This document shows positions 1 to 10,754 of a stretch of DNA of 60,683 nucleotides, in pieces. This DNA comes from Heterodontus francisci. Taxonomy: Eukaryota. Both the position numbers and the translations under genes were made by a program. The notes beneath the pieces are model-generated. The model was not told the DNA's origin, made no database searches, and worked only from the letters and a program-made list of their open reading frames with translations. How positions within the stretch are numbered: the stretch's first letter is position 1; every line of letters begins with the position of its first letter. The DNA lies in the NCBI RefSeq assembly GCF_036365525.1, contig NW_027141754.1:1-60683 (forward strand). Direction: 5' to 3'.

Positions 1-535
1 TGAACCTTCTCTGAACTGCTTCCGATGCAGGTATATCCCTCCTTAAGTAAGGAGACCGAAAGTGCACGCGGGGGTACTCGAGGTGCGGTCTCGCCAAAGC
101 CCTGTACAGTTGTAACGGCACTTCCCTACTTTTATACTCCATCCCCCTTGCAATAAAGGCCAACATTCCCTTTGCCTTCCTAATTACTTGCTGTACCTGC
201 ATGGTAACCTTTTGTGATTCATGTACGAGGACACCCAAGTACTGTGATCCAAATCTGGGCACTGCACCTCAGAGAGGATGACGAGGCCTTGGAGAGGGTG
301 CGGAGAAGATGTATCAGGGAGGGACGAGGGACTTCAGCCAATGCGGAGAGACTGGGAGAAGCTGGGATTGTTCTGCCTCGGAGCGGAGAAGGTTAAGGGG
401 GAAATGTTTTGGAGGCGTTCGGAATCAGGAGGGGGGTTTGGATAGAGTAGAGAGAGAGAGGGGGGGAGATCTTTCGATGAGCTGGCACAGACACGGTGGG
501 CCGAATGGGACTCCTGCCGCGTTGTCAGATTCTGT
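1..535. mobile_element. Degenerate CR1-type LINE fragments in both orientations
   Basis: 1-240 resembles the reverse complement of the 19818-19950 CR1 piece; 241-535 resembles 32860-33400. Confidence 0.55.
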
Positions 536-869
536 GAAATGGACAAAAACGTGGAGATCTTGTTTTGGCAGAAGATGGTAAAAAGCGCTATATAAATGCA
601 GGATGTTAACGGAATAAAACATCCCAAGGCACTGCGTGGGAGAGTCAAGCTGACCCCGTGCCAGTTGAGGAGACATTAGGGACAGTTGACCAAAAACTCC
701 GTCAGAGAGGGAGGTTTTACGGAAGTGTCTTAAAGAAGGAGAGAGAGGGAGAGGGGAGGCGGAGAGGTTTAGGGAGGGGAATTCCAGAGTTCGGGGCCCC
801 AGGCAGCTGAAGGCACGGGCCGCCGATGGTGGGGAGGGCCGGGAATCGGGGGCCATAATTGGTGTAGCG

Positions 870-1420
870 ACCGGAGGAGGTTACAGAGATAGGGGGGGGG
901 GTTGTAGGGGGCTGGAGGAGGTTACAGAGATAGGGAGGGTTGTAGGGGCTGGAGGAGGTTACAGAGATAGGGAGGGTTGCGGGGGGCTGGAGGAGGTTAC
1001 AGAGATAGGGAGGGTTGCAGGGGCTGGAGGAGGTTACAGAGATAGGGAGCGTTGTGGGGCTGGAGGAGGTTACAGAGATAGGGGAGGGTTGCTGGGGCTG
1101 GAGGAGGTTACAGAGATAGGGAGGGTTGTAGGGGCTGGAGGAGGTTACAGAGATAGGGAGGGTTGCTGGGGCTGGAGGGAGGTTACAGAGATAGGGAGGG
1201 GTTGTAGGGGCTGGAGGAGGTTACAGAGACAGGGAGGGTTGTAGGGGGCTGGAGGAGGTTACAGAGATAGGGAGGGTTGCTGGGGCTGGAGGAGGTTACA
1301 GAGATGGGGGGTGTTTGTAGGGGCTGGAGGAGGTTACAGAGATAGGGGGGGTTGTAGGGGCTGGAGGAGGTTACAGAGACGAGGGGTTTGCTGGGGGCTG
1401 GAGGAGGTTACAGAGATAAG
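870..1420. repeat. ~37-39-bp minisatellite (ggggctggaggaggttacagagatagggagggttgta), ~14 copies
   Basis: Direct tandem periodicity; unit also occurs singly inside L2-like fragments (~20790, ~58010). Confidence 0.92.
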
Positions 1421-1569
1421 GGGGTGGGGGTGGGGAGGTGAGCGAGGAAGCCAGGGAGGGATTCGAGCATGCTCCCCGGCTACGAGCCACTGCCTGCGAC
1501 ACCATAGATCCTCCGCCGGCACCGTACTGATCGACCTGCCCATGTGTATTTTTTTTTTTAACCCATCAG

Positions 1570-1703
1570 GGCCGGGATGTTTGTGGGGTAAATTCTTCGA
1601 GGGCGCGGTGCCCGAGATGGACCTGTCCCAGGACGACAAGAGACTGCTGGCCGTGGTGGGGCTGGGAGCTGCAGCAGTACAACCGGAACCTGGAGAGAGT
1701 ACG
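1570..1703 (+). CDS. MARS1: MARS1 exon ([45 protein letters not shown]); two apparent +1 G insertions
   Basis: catcag| acceptor, |gtgagc donor. Similar to human RAGMFVSKFFGGYVPEM...LEKVR only if one G is removed from each of 1585-1588 and 1664-1666. Confidence 0.88.
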
Positions 1704-2124
1704 GTGAGCGACGGGGACCGCCTCGCCCTCACCCACCCGACACCCCCAGCCCCCGCGATCCAAGCCGAGACTCACGGGCGCTGTCGAGTCGAGTCCCGCC
1801 GTTTTCCCGGAGGATCAGGTGTCCCGGCGAACGACGCTGACGGTAAACTAACGCTCTTGATGCGGGGGGGGGGGGGGGGGGGGGGGGGGGTGGAGACGGT
1901 GCGTGCTCTGTTCCCGCTCTTTGTGGGCGGTCAAGCACCGGTCGGGGTCACTCAGCAGAGGGGGGGGGCGGTGGGGGGGTGGGGAAGGACGATCTCCGTG
2001 TAATATTCGGCCTCGGAAACCGGTCCGTGTTGTGCAGCTGGAGGGCGGTGTCCGGGGGGTTTTTTTTTTGGCGGGGTGGTTTAACGTCTTTGTTTTTTCT
2101 TCCTCCTCCCCCCCCCCCCCCCAG

Positions 2125-2229
2125 GATCAGGGATGCTCTGAGATGCATCCTGAACGTGTCTCGCTATGGCAACCAGTACATCCAAATTAACGAGCCGTGG
2201 AAACTAATCAAAGGAGCTGAGGCTGACCG
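2125..2229 (+). CDS. MARS1: MARS1 exon ([35 protein letters not shown])
   Basis: 105 nt, ccag|...|gtgagt, phase-consistent, conserved GNQYIQ.NEPWK. Confidence 0.96.
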
Positions 2230-2507
2230 GTGAGTCTCTCCGCACGCGATTTATCCTCCCGCCCGCCCGCTCTCACCTCTCCCGCTTTGTGATTCGCGCG
2301 GAACGCACGGGCGCAGACACCAGGCCATTCGGCCCATCCGCACCGTGTCGGTGTTCCTTCTCCACACAAGCCTCCTCCCCCACCCAATCATCTGCTGTGC
2401 TGTAAGGTTCTGACCGCGGTTCACCAGACGCGGGATCTGCCTCTGCTCGGTTTTAACCGCTCTGTCTGTCTGTCTCCCTACCCCTCCCCGCCCGCCGGCT
2501 GGAGCAG

Positions 2508-2691
2508 GAAGCGAGCCGGCACGGTGACCGGAGTGGCGGTGAACGTGGCTTGCCTCCTCTCCGTGATGCTGCTGCCCTACATGCCGGCCGTCGGCGCCAC
2601 CATCCAGCGCCAGCTACGGGCCCCCGAGGACTGCAACTCGCTGACTGACAGCTTCGTCTGCGCCCTGCCTGCCGGACACAAGATCGGAACG
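2508..2691 (+). CDS. MARS1: MARS1 exon ([26 protein letters not shown]...LPAGHKIGT)
   Basis: 184 nt, gcag|...|gtgagc, phase-consistent. Confidence 0.95.
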
Positions 2692-3575
2692 GTGAGCTGC
2701 CGGGGGGGAAGGGGGCGTGGGGGAATGAAAGCGTCCGGGCGGGCTTTTTTTTTTTAATACTTATTTTTGAGGAGGAAAACGCACGGCAGTCTTCCAAGAA
2801 TTGTTTCAGCACAGAAGGAGGCCGTTCAGCCTGTCGTGTCCCTGCTAGCTCCCCGCAAGAGCAGTTCGCCTAGCCCCCACTTCCTCCATAACCCAATAAT
2901 TGTCCCCTCTCCAAATCATTATCCAGTGCCCCTTTCAAAGCCTTGATTTGAACCTGTCTTCCCCACTCTCTCGCCAGTCGCCCTTAAATCCGTGCCCCCT
3001 CTGGTTCTCGACCCTCCCGCCAATGGGAACTGTTTCTCCCTATCTGCTCTGTCCAGACCCCTCCACCTCTTTATCAAACCCGCCCTCTCCTCTCCAAGGG
3101 AAACAGTCCCAACTCCTCCAGTCTACCTTCGCAACTGAAGTTCCTCACCCCTGGAACCGTTCTCCTGAATCTTTCCTGCATTCTCTCCAGTGCCCTCAGA
3201 TCCTTCCTGAAGTGCTGTGCCCAGAACAGGACGCAACACTCCAACTGAGGCCTTTGTGTAAAGGGTTCACCGTCGCTTGCTGGCTTTTCCACCCTGTGCC
3301 GCTCTGCATAAAGCTCAACCCGCCCTGCCGCCTTCAACGATTTGTGCACGGATGCGCCCAGGTTCCCCCTGCTCCTGCGCCCGCTTTCGGATTGTGCCCT
3401 TTATTCCATATTGCCTCTCCTCCTCCTCCCTCCCTCCCTAAATGTATCACTGCACGCTTCTCCCCGTTGAACCTCATCTGTCAGCCCCGTTCCACCAACT
3501 TGTCTATGTCCTTTTTAATTCATTCGTCGGATGCGAGTGTAGGCCGGCAAGGCTACGATTTGACGCCCATTGGGT

Positions 3576-3893
3576 TAGATTAGAGTCATACAGCACTGAA
3601 ACAGGCCCTTCGGCCCACCGAGTCCGTGCCGACCATCGACCACCCGTTTATACTATCCCACATTCCCTACCGCATCCCCAATTCTCCTACCACCTACCTA
3701 CACTAGGGGCAATTTACAAAGGCCAATTTACCTACCAAACCTGCAAGTCTTTGGCATGTGGGAGGAAACCGGAGCACCCGGTGGAAACCCACGCGGTCAC
3801 AGGGAGAACTTCGCAAACTCCGCGCAGGCGGCACCCAGAACCGAACCCGGGTCGCTGGAGCTGCGAGGCTGCGGTGCTAACCACTGCACCGCC
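3576..3893 (-). mobile_element. tRNA-derived SINE
   Basis: Reverse complement of the 53935-54240 copy; A/B-box-like head (ggcggtgcagtggttagc...gggttcggtt) and ctaat tail. Confidence 0.7.
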
Positions 3894-4359
3894 CATTCCC
3901 AAATGCCTTCGTTCTGCCCTGTCGAAGTTGGGGTGGGGGGTGGGGGGGGGGTGGCAAGATAAAAGCTCAAAGGACACACTGAGAAATTTTAAGCAATCGC
4001 TATCCTGGGGAAAATATCCCTGTGCGACATACCATTGCTGGAGTAGCATTAGCACGTGAGACTTCAGCAATTCCAGAAGAAGACCGCACTCCCTCCTCTC
4101 CCCCCAACCCCCGCCACAAACACCTTCCTTCCTTCTCGAGGGGTGATAAGTGCCAACCTCCTCAGCGCCACCACATCCCGAGAACAAACGTGTCTTGGTT
4201 TAAAAAAAATATATAATTTGCGGCGGAAGATCGCTGTTGACCGTTTGCTCCTCCCAATGTGCAGAGACCCAAGTGTGTCAGCCCCCCTCCCCGTGTCTTT
4301 GTGCGTGAAGTGCGCGCCGGGTGATTGCGAAAGCACGGTGAATATTCTTTCTGTTCCAG

Positions 4360-4431
4360 ATTAGCCCATTGTTCCAGAAGTTGGAAAGTGATCGAATTGA
4401 CGAGTTACGGAAGAAATATGGAGGCCAAAAG
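4360..4431 (+). CDS. MARS1: MARS1 exon (ISPLFQKLESDRIDELRKKYGGQK)
   Basis: 72 nt, ttccag|...|gtgaat; SPLFQKLE motif. Confidence 0.94.
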
Positions 4432-4940
4432 GTGAATAATCCCCCCCCCCCTCTCCTCCCCGCAACCTTTCTTGTTTCTTTGCCACGTTTCCCCCTCCCT
4501 GGACACTTGAGTTTCTGCCAAGCGCTCTCCAACTCTGCCATGTGCTCCATCTGGTGATCGGGTAAAACCATCTGGAAAGACCGAACAGGCTGGGGAGCTC
4601 TTTTCCAGAAAAGAGAAGGCTGAGGAGGTCTTAACATTACGAAGGGGGTTTTGATCGGGTCGACGTAGAGAAGATGTTTCCGCTTGTGTGGTGGGGGTAA
4701 GAGACCAGAACTAGGGGGCCATTAATATAAGATAGTCACTACAACACCTGTTGAGGCCATTGGGTGTTCTTCCCCCCCCCAACCCCCCCCCCCGGGGAGT
4801 GTGTCGATATTAGTGGGGCGGGGGCTACCCCAGAGCGAGTGAGCGAGCAGAGGCGTTGGGGAGGAGGGCAGGGGGGTGGTGCTGAGCAACGGGGAGCCAG
4901 TGCCCCGATGGGCTCATTAATCAACATGCTTTGTGCGCAG

Positions 4941-5021
4941 GCACCCGCGGAGAGCAAGCCTGCACCCGGGCCCAAACCCGACGCCGACCCTCGGGAGATC
5001 CAAGAGCTGGTGGCCAAGCAG
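4941..5021 (+). CDS. MARS1: MARS1 exon (linker to WHEP: APAESKPAPGPKPDADPREIQELVAKQ)
   Basis: 81 nt, cgcag|...|gtgagc, phase 0/0. Confidence 0.88.
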
Positions 5022-5837
5022 GTGAGCGCCGATGGGCACGGCGGGGTACCGTTGGGGTGGGGGCCGGGGCGCCTCCCGTTGACTGCGACGTGCCACTGCG
5101 CCGTGACCGGGACCTGTTTACATGGCGGTTTTGCTATAGATTTTTTTTTTTGCAGAGATGGCTTCCTAAGGGGTTGGGTTTTGCCGTCAATGGTGCCTCG
5201 GCAATTGAGGTCTTCCCCCACCCACACCCTCCCCCCCCTCCCTCCCTCCCTCCCCTGCATCCTTCAGTTTGGACAATGGTTTTCCCCCTCGCCACCTAGG
5301 ATTTGAATGAACAGGCCATCTCTTTTTTTTTCCCACCAGTGAGATTGGGGGGGGAATTTACCAGCCGAAGGACCGAGGAGGAGCGGTATATTCAGTGCGA
5401 AAATGCAGCAGCAACCTACCTTCGTACGGCTCCTTCGAGCTCGGCGAAACATCCCGGGCGGGGGGGGCGCGCCTCACAGGAACGTAGATAGTCCTCCGTA
5501 GCCCCAGATCCCTCGGGGGGGGGGGGGGGAATTCCTGCGCGTCCGTTTCAGACTCCCTCTCATTTTCCAATGAGTGTGACCTTTTTTGTGCCAGTTTCCA
5601 CGCCCGTTCTGCAAGCTGGTTGACGACTTCCCCTTCCTGCGCGGCACCTTTCCAGCCCCGCTTCCCGTTCCAAACACAGACCCAGATTCATACAGGTGGT
5701 GGGGGAAGGGGGTGGCCCGGAGGGACGTTGACGAGGAAGAGGCGAGGTTTTGCGGACCGGAAGAAAAAAAAAAAGGTGCACGCGGTGGATTAAATTTCCT
5801 TTTTTTTTTTTCTTCCTTAAACTCCCTCCCCCTGCAG

Positions 5838-5966
5838 GGTAATCGTGTCCGTGAGCTGAAGGCCCAGCGCGCGGACAAGTCGTTGGTCGAGGCGGAAGTC
5901 TCCGTCCTGCTTGATCTGAAGAGGCGCCTGGCACTAGCAGAAGGGAGGCCCGCGGGGAAAAAATGA
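5838..5966 (+). CDS. MARS1: MARS1 last exon (WHEP domain, ends EGRPAGKK*)
   Basis: ctgcag| acceptor, [31 protein letters not shown] at 5964-5966. Confidence 0.95.
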   Translation, partial: GNRVRELKAQRADKSLVEAEVSVLLDLKRRLALAEGRPAGKK

Positions 5967-6266
5967 GCAGCCGCCCCGGGAAGCCGACGCTGGGCTCTGC
6001 CCGTTTCTCCGCCCCCCCCCCATCATGTCAGCCGATGCCATGGAGTCCAACTCTCTCTCCTGTCACCCCCTCCACCTCACCTTCCCTTAACGCGCCACCT
6101 CTGCTGGATGGTTTGCTCGCCCAGGTTTTGGACGCACCCCCCGCCCCCCCCCCCCAACAACAGTCTGCGGAGGGACAGTGCTGGGTGTCAGACGGGTGAG
6201 AGGGTAGAACACTGCTGTTTTGAACTGTACGGCGACGAGACTCGTGTGAGAGTCTCTGAAGTAGGA

Positions 6267-6272
6267 AATAAA
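6267..6272 (+). terminator. Probable MARS1 polyadenylation signal
   Basis: AATAAA ~300 nt after the stop codon. Confidence 0.7.
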
Positions 6273-6424
6273 ACCTTTTTAAAAAAAAAAAAATTTAAAA
6301 TTCATTCTCTTTCTCTGCGGCCAGCGGAAACCGCTGGAGGAATGAGGACAGCGGAGGCCGTTCAGCCCATCGTGCTGGGTCCTCGAAAGACGCCCAAAGG
6401 CACTTCATGGGTGGGAATTATCAA

Positions 6425-7020
6425 CTGAAGTTTGACCCCTGCCCACGTAAGATTCGGCGGATGTGGGCGTTGCTGGCCAGGCCAGCATTTATTGCCCTTG
6501 AGAAGGTGGTGGTGGGGAGCTGCCTTCTTGAACCGCTGCAGTCCGTGTGGGGTAGGTGACACCCACGGTGCTGTTCGGAAGGGGGTTCCAGGATTTCGAC
6601 CCAGCGACAGTGAAGGAACGGGCGATATAGTTCCAAGTCAGGATGGTGTGTGACTTGGAGGGGGGCACTTGCAGGTGGTGGCGTTCCCATTGCGTTCGCT
6701 GCCCTTGTCCTTCTCGGTGGTAGAGGTCGCGGGTTTGGAAGGTGCTGTCTAAGGAGCCTTGGTGCGTCGCTGCAGTGCGTCTTGTAGACGGTGCACACTG
6801 CTGCCACTGTGCGTCGGCGGTCGAGGGAGTGAATGTTTGTAGATGGGGTGCCAATCGAGCGGGCTGCTTTGTCCTGGATGGTGTCGAGCTTCCTGAGTGT
6901 TGTTGGAGCTGCACCCATCCAGGCAAGTGGAGAGCGTTCCATCACACTCCTGACTTGTGCCCTTGTAGATGGTGGGACAGGCATTGGGGAGACGGGAGGT
7001 GAGTTACTCGCCGCAGGATT
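6425..7020 (-). mobile_element. CR1-clade LINE 3' fragment
   Basis: QVRSVME.SPLAWMGAAPTTL; inverted copy of 38730-39320. Confidence 0.8.
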
Positions 7021-8019
7021 AACGCGCGATATAAATGCAACCTGGAGTCCAAGTGTCACCAAAGCAAGAAAATCCCGCACGAGAGACCGAGGGTGGAGGG
7101 ACAACGGTCCTTTTTAATATACAAAGTGCAAAAAGAAGAAGAAAATTCAGTCAGTTCATGCATGTCACGTTCGAGAAGCAGTAAGCGTTGACAACCTCGC
7201 TGCAACAGCCAGTTAAGGGCAGGTGCAAACGTCGCAGCTAAGGTGACCGATGCACGAAAGCTTTTAGGTGGATCAAAGTTACAACAGATCCCGTACAGTA
7301 CAGGATGATGTGAAAACCCATTTGGAACACAGTTTATATCCTGCTGTGCATCTCTCCTTTCGCACACATGCGTCAATGTGTCTCAATGATTTTTTTATAT
7401 ATATAGATCCGCAGAAACGTGGACAAGAGGGTGACTGATTGAGATGGGGGGGGGGGGGGGGGGGGGGTTTGGTGGAGAGAAGGAATAGAACCTACAGAAA
7501 CTCCCTCCACGCCGCCATCTACTGGCCAGCGTTTGCAATGACACCGTGACGCGTTGACATGGCAAAACCCACTTGGGAATGGACGCGAAAGAGTGATCGG
7601 AATTCACCGCGACTGGAATTCGACGGTTAAAAACTGGCATTTGTCCAGGGCCCGCTCACGGCCTCAGGCGCGTTACAAGCCAGCGTTCCACCGTCACCGT
7701 GCTACTGTAGGAAACACGGGAGCCAATTTGCACCCAGCGAACTGACAATGATCACAAGGTCTGCCTCTCATTTTTTTTTGACTCGGGGTGGGGGGGGGGG
7801 GGGCCCCCTCGTTCCTGGACTCCCCAACCAGCAGAAATAGAGAGAGAAACTATCCAATGCTATCTGTTTCCCTTAATAGCGTGGAAAAATCGCCCCTTAA
7901 AACTGCCCCTTTCCTGGAGACTATCCAGCCAGGGAACAATTCCCGGTTTAAAAATCTGGGGAAAACCTGAGCCCTAATTTATCATGCAGAGTTTCTGTAA
8001 GATTCGGAAGAGACAATAC

Positions 8020-8260
8020 ACTGAGGCGTTGCCTGCAACCATCTCCCCGCCCCGTGTCCCGGGGCCAATATTAATCCCACGACCGACGTCACTTGAGGAG
8101 GAAAAAAAAATGCCAGATGATCTGGGTCATTCATCGCACTGCTGTTTGTGGGATCTTGCTGTGCGCAGATTGGCTGCCGCGTTTCCCGCATTACAGCGGC
8201 CACCGCACGTCGGACGAGGTTGTTCATCGGCCGCGAGGCGCTGTGGGACGCCCTCAGGTG
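8020..8260 (+). mobile_element. SINE fragment with Deu-domain-like core
   Basis: tgtgggatcttgctgtgcgca.attggctgccgc core shared with 33480-33850 and 57520-57800. Confidence 0.5.
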
Positions 8261-8951
8261 GCGGAAGGCGCCGGACGATTGGAGGTCTTGCCCCGTGGGT
8301 GCCTCAGTCGTTGGCGAGTGGGGGTGGGGGGGGGGGGCTGAGGTGCGGCACGTTGGCGGCGTCGCCCCACGCCGCAGGAGACCGCCAGGGGTTAACAGGC
8401 AGGGGGGTCACGGAGAAACACGAGAGAACGGCGTGACTGGACCTCAGTCGAGCCGTCGCTGTGGGTCGGGATTCACATGTAGGCCAGACCGGGTAAGGCT
8501 GGCGGATTTCCATCCCCCCCCCCCCCACCCCGAGTGGCATTAGTGAAGCAGATGGGGTCTTTTGTTTTTTTTTACAAAACAATAATCTCGTGATTATTAC
8601 AGAGACTAGCATTTTATTACACTTTTAAATTATTAATTGGATTTAAATAGCTGTAGCTACCACAGTGGGGATTTGAACTCATGTCTTTGCAAACATTGGT
8701 CCAGCCCTCTGGATTATTAATCTAGGAACATTACCACTACACTACGGCGGGGAGGTAACAAGAGGAAGCCACTTGTACAAATCCCCTGACAATCTGGAGC
8801 AAGAGTTTAGACACAAGTAAACCAGGGCTTTATGTTCTGTCCACAATGGGGCATCTTCCGAGAACCAGTGTGGTATTCTTAACCGGGCCTGCCTCCTAAA
8901 CCTCCCAAAAGAGTCAATCCTCGTTCGATCGGGGACGTCAGGCGGGCCCAC

Positions 8952-9374
8952 TCAGCTGACGTTGACCATCCTCTCGACCAGCCTCCTCCGGACCTCCTGC
9001 ACCTCGGCGGTCAACTGCTCGATCCTCCCCCGCAGGCGCTCGTTCTCCTCCGTCAGCTCCGCCACCCGCCTCTCCCGCCCCTGCTCCCTGGCCTCGCGGC
9101 CCGCCCTGGCGGGGCCGCCCGACCTCCGCCTCCTGGCTCCGCGCCTTGGCCGTCCGCCGGGCGGGGACGGCGTCCGGGAGGGCGGGCCTACCGCGCCGGG
9201 CCCGCGCCCCGTCGAGCCGTCGGCCGGGTCACTTTCGGCTGCCGGGAAGAAGCCGAAGAGTTCCTCCTGTTGGACGGGGTCAGTGGTACTCGGAATATCG
9301 CTGGGGTGGAGCTGGGCTTCCAGAGAGCAGGAGACCAGGGATTGTTCACAATGTTCAGACAACCCCGGCGCCGG
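8952..9374 (-). CDS. DDIT3: DDIT3 last coding exon with basic region and leucine zipper
   Basis: cttgcag| acceptor; PARAG...RRVAELTEENERLRGRIEQLTAEVQEVRRRLVERMVNVS* resembles human PARAG...[37 protein letters not shown]. Confidence 0.95.
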   Translation of the reverse strand, partial: PAPGLSEHCEQSLVSCSLEAQLHPSDIPSTTDPVQQEELFGFFPAAESDPADGSTGRGPGAVGPPSRTPSPPGGRPRRGARRRRSGGPARAGREAREQGRERRVAELTEENERLRGRIEQLTAEVQEVRRRLVERMVNVS

Positions 9375-9898
9375 CTGCAAGAGAACAGAGCTGAGTTTAG
9401 GATTGGCGTATGTAATGGCCCTCCGAGATCTCCGCACTCCTCCAGTTCCCGCCTCTCGCGCATCCCTGCCCCGAGCTCTGGAAAAATCAGGGACGGGGCA
9501 AGGGGCCAGAATTTGAGTAGCTGCAGAAATCGGAGGATCGTCGGGACGGGAGACGGTTATGCAGAGACGGGGGAGGGGGGGGGGGGGGGGGTGGGGAGTG
9601 AACGGGACGCGAGGATTTCGAAGATAGAGAGGTTGCCGCTTCCCAGCACTCCAGCGTAGGTCAGGGAGCAAGAGGTGGGGAGGGCGAAGGGGACTCGGTG
9701 CGAGTTAGCGCACGGTGGGGGGGCAGCGGAGTTTTGGATGAGCTGAAGTTTACGCGGAGGAGGGCGGGAGAACGTTGGAATGGTCAGGACTGGAGGCGAT
9801 TGGGACACGGATGCCGGTTTTCACAGCAGATGGGACCGAGGCAGGGGCGAAGACGGGCGGTGCCACAGAAATGGAAATAGGCAGTCTTGATTCCTCAC

Positions 9899-10228
9899 CT
9901 GTGTGAAGTCTGGGGGTCGGCCGAGCTTTCCACCATCTTCCGATGGGTTTCCTACGGATGTAGGGTACAGAACGCTGTCTACATCTTCCAGCCAGAGTTG
10001 GTTCAGCTTGCGGATCTCCCCCGGCGGATTCCCCGTGGATGTAGGGTACAGAACGCTGTCTACATCTTCCAGCCAGAGTTGGTTCAGCTTCCGCCTTTCT
10101 TCCGAGGGGTTCCCTGCTGGAGAGGGATACAGAATGCTCTCCAGATCTTGCAGCCAAGTCTCCAGCTCTTGCCCCGATAGCAGGGCAGGAGCGGAAGAGA
10201 AGGCGGCAGACGGCATCGAATCCGCCAT
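9899..10228 (-). CDS. DDIT3: DDIT3 first coding exon (MADSMP...LSGQELETWLQDLESILY...), three 27-aa repeats
   Basis: ATG in good context (acgATGg), 330 nt, |gtgagg donor; matches the CHOP LSxxELExWxEDL motif. Confidence 0.92.
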
Positions 10229-10754
10229 CGTACTGGGTACGTCCCGATCAACTGCACAAGACAGAGGGGGAAAAAAAAACAAGCAAACGCGCAGGCAGTC
10301 AGACACAGGATCACGGCACGGTGTCAAACCCGCGTGTAATAAACAAACCGGCAAGCACGGGAACACAGAACACGCTGCTAATTGCACCAAGTGAGTAAAG
10401 CTCTTCAACACCAGTAACTCTCCGATACAAGTCACTTTATCCAGAATGATTAAACAGGGGCTTTCAAATCAGGAAACCATCACCGTAAACCCCGGGCGTG
10501 AGGTTCGAGGCACACGAGCCAGTGTCTGAGAGTTAAGACTAGACTCCAGACTTGAGATAATTCTCTGATGCAACATGTTTATAACACAGTTGGAGTGGGT
10601 CGAGGCACCAGCTGTTGTTTGCCATCTCTGTACATTGTATTTAATCCTAATCTGTAACGGCAATGATTACTGCAGATTTAATGAGGAATAATCTTATTGG
10701 GGTTTAAATGGTGCTTGGTTCCCAGATTCCAGACACTTAGGATGGGACAATCGA

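Larger units (their letters stand above)
1570..5966 (+). other. MARS1: Gene model: methionyl-tRNA synthetase, cytoplasmic (3' part, last 6 coding exons; 5' exons lie outside the window)
   Basis: Exons 1570-1703, 2125-2229, 2508-2691, 4360-4431, 4941-5021, 5838-5966 all have AG/GT boundaries. Translation follows the MetRS anticodon-binding domain ([18 protein letters not shown]) and a C-terminal WHEP domain ([14 protein letters not shown]). Confidence 0.96.

Noticed and set aside
9375-9671. N-terminal extension of the 239-aa bZIP ORF
   Set aside because: Intronic read-through; a clear acceptor at 9374 joins in phase to the 9899 donor.
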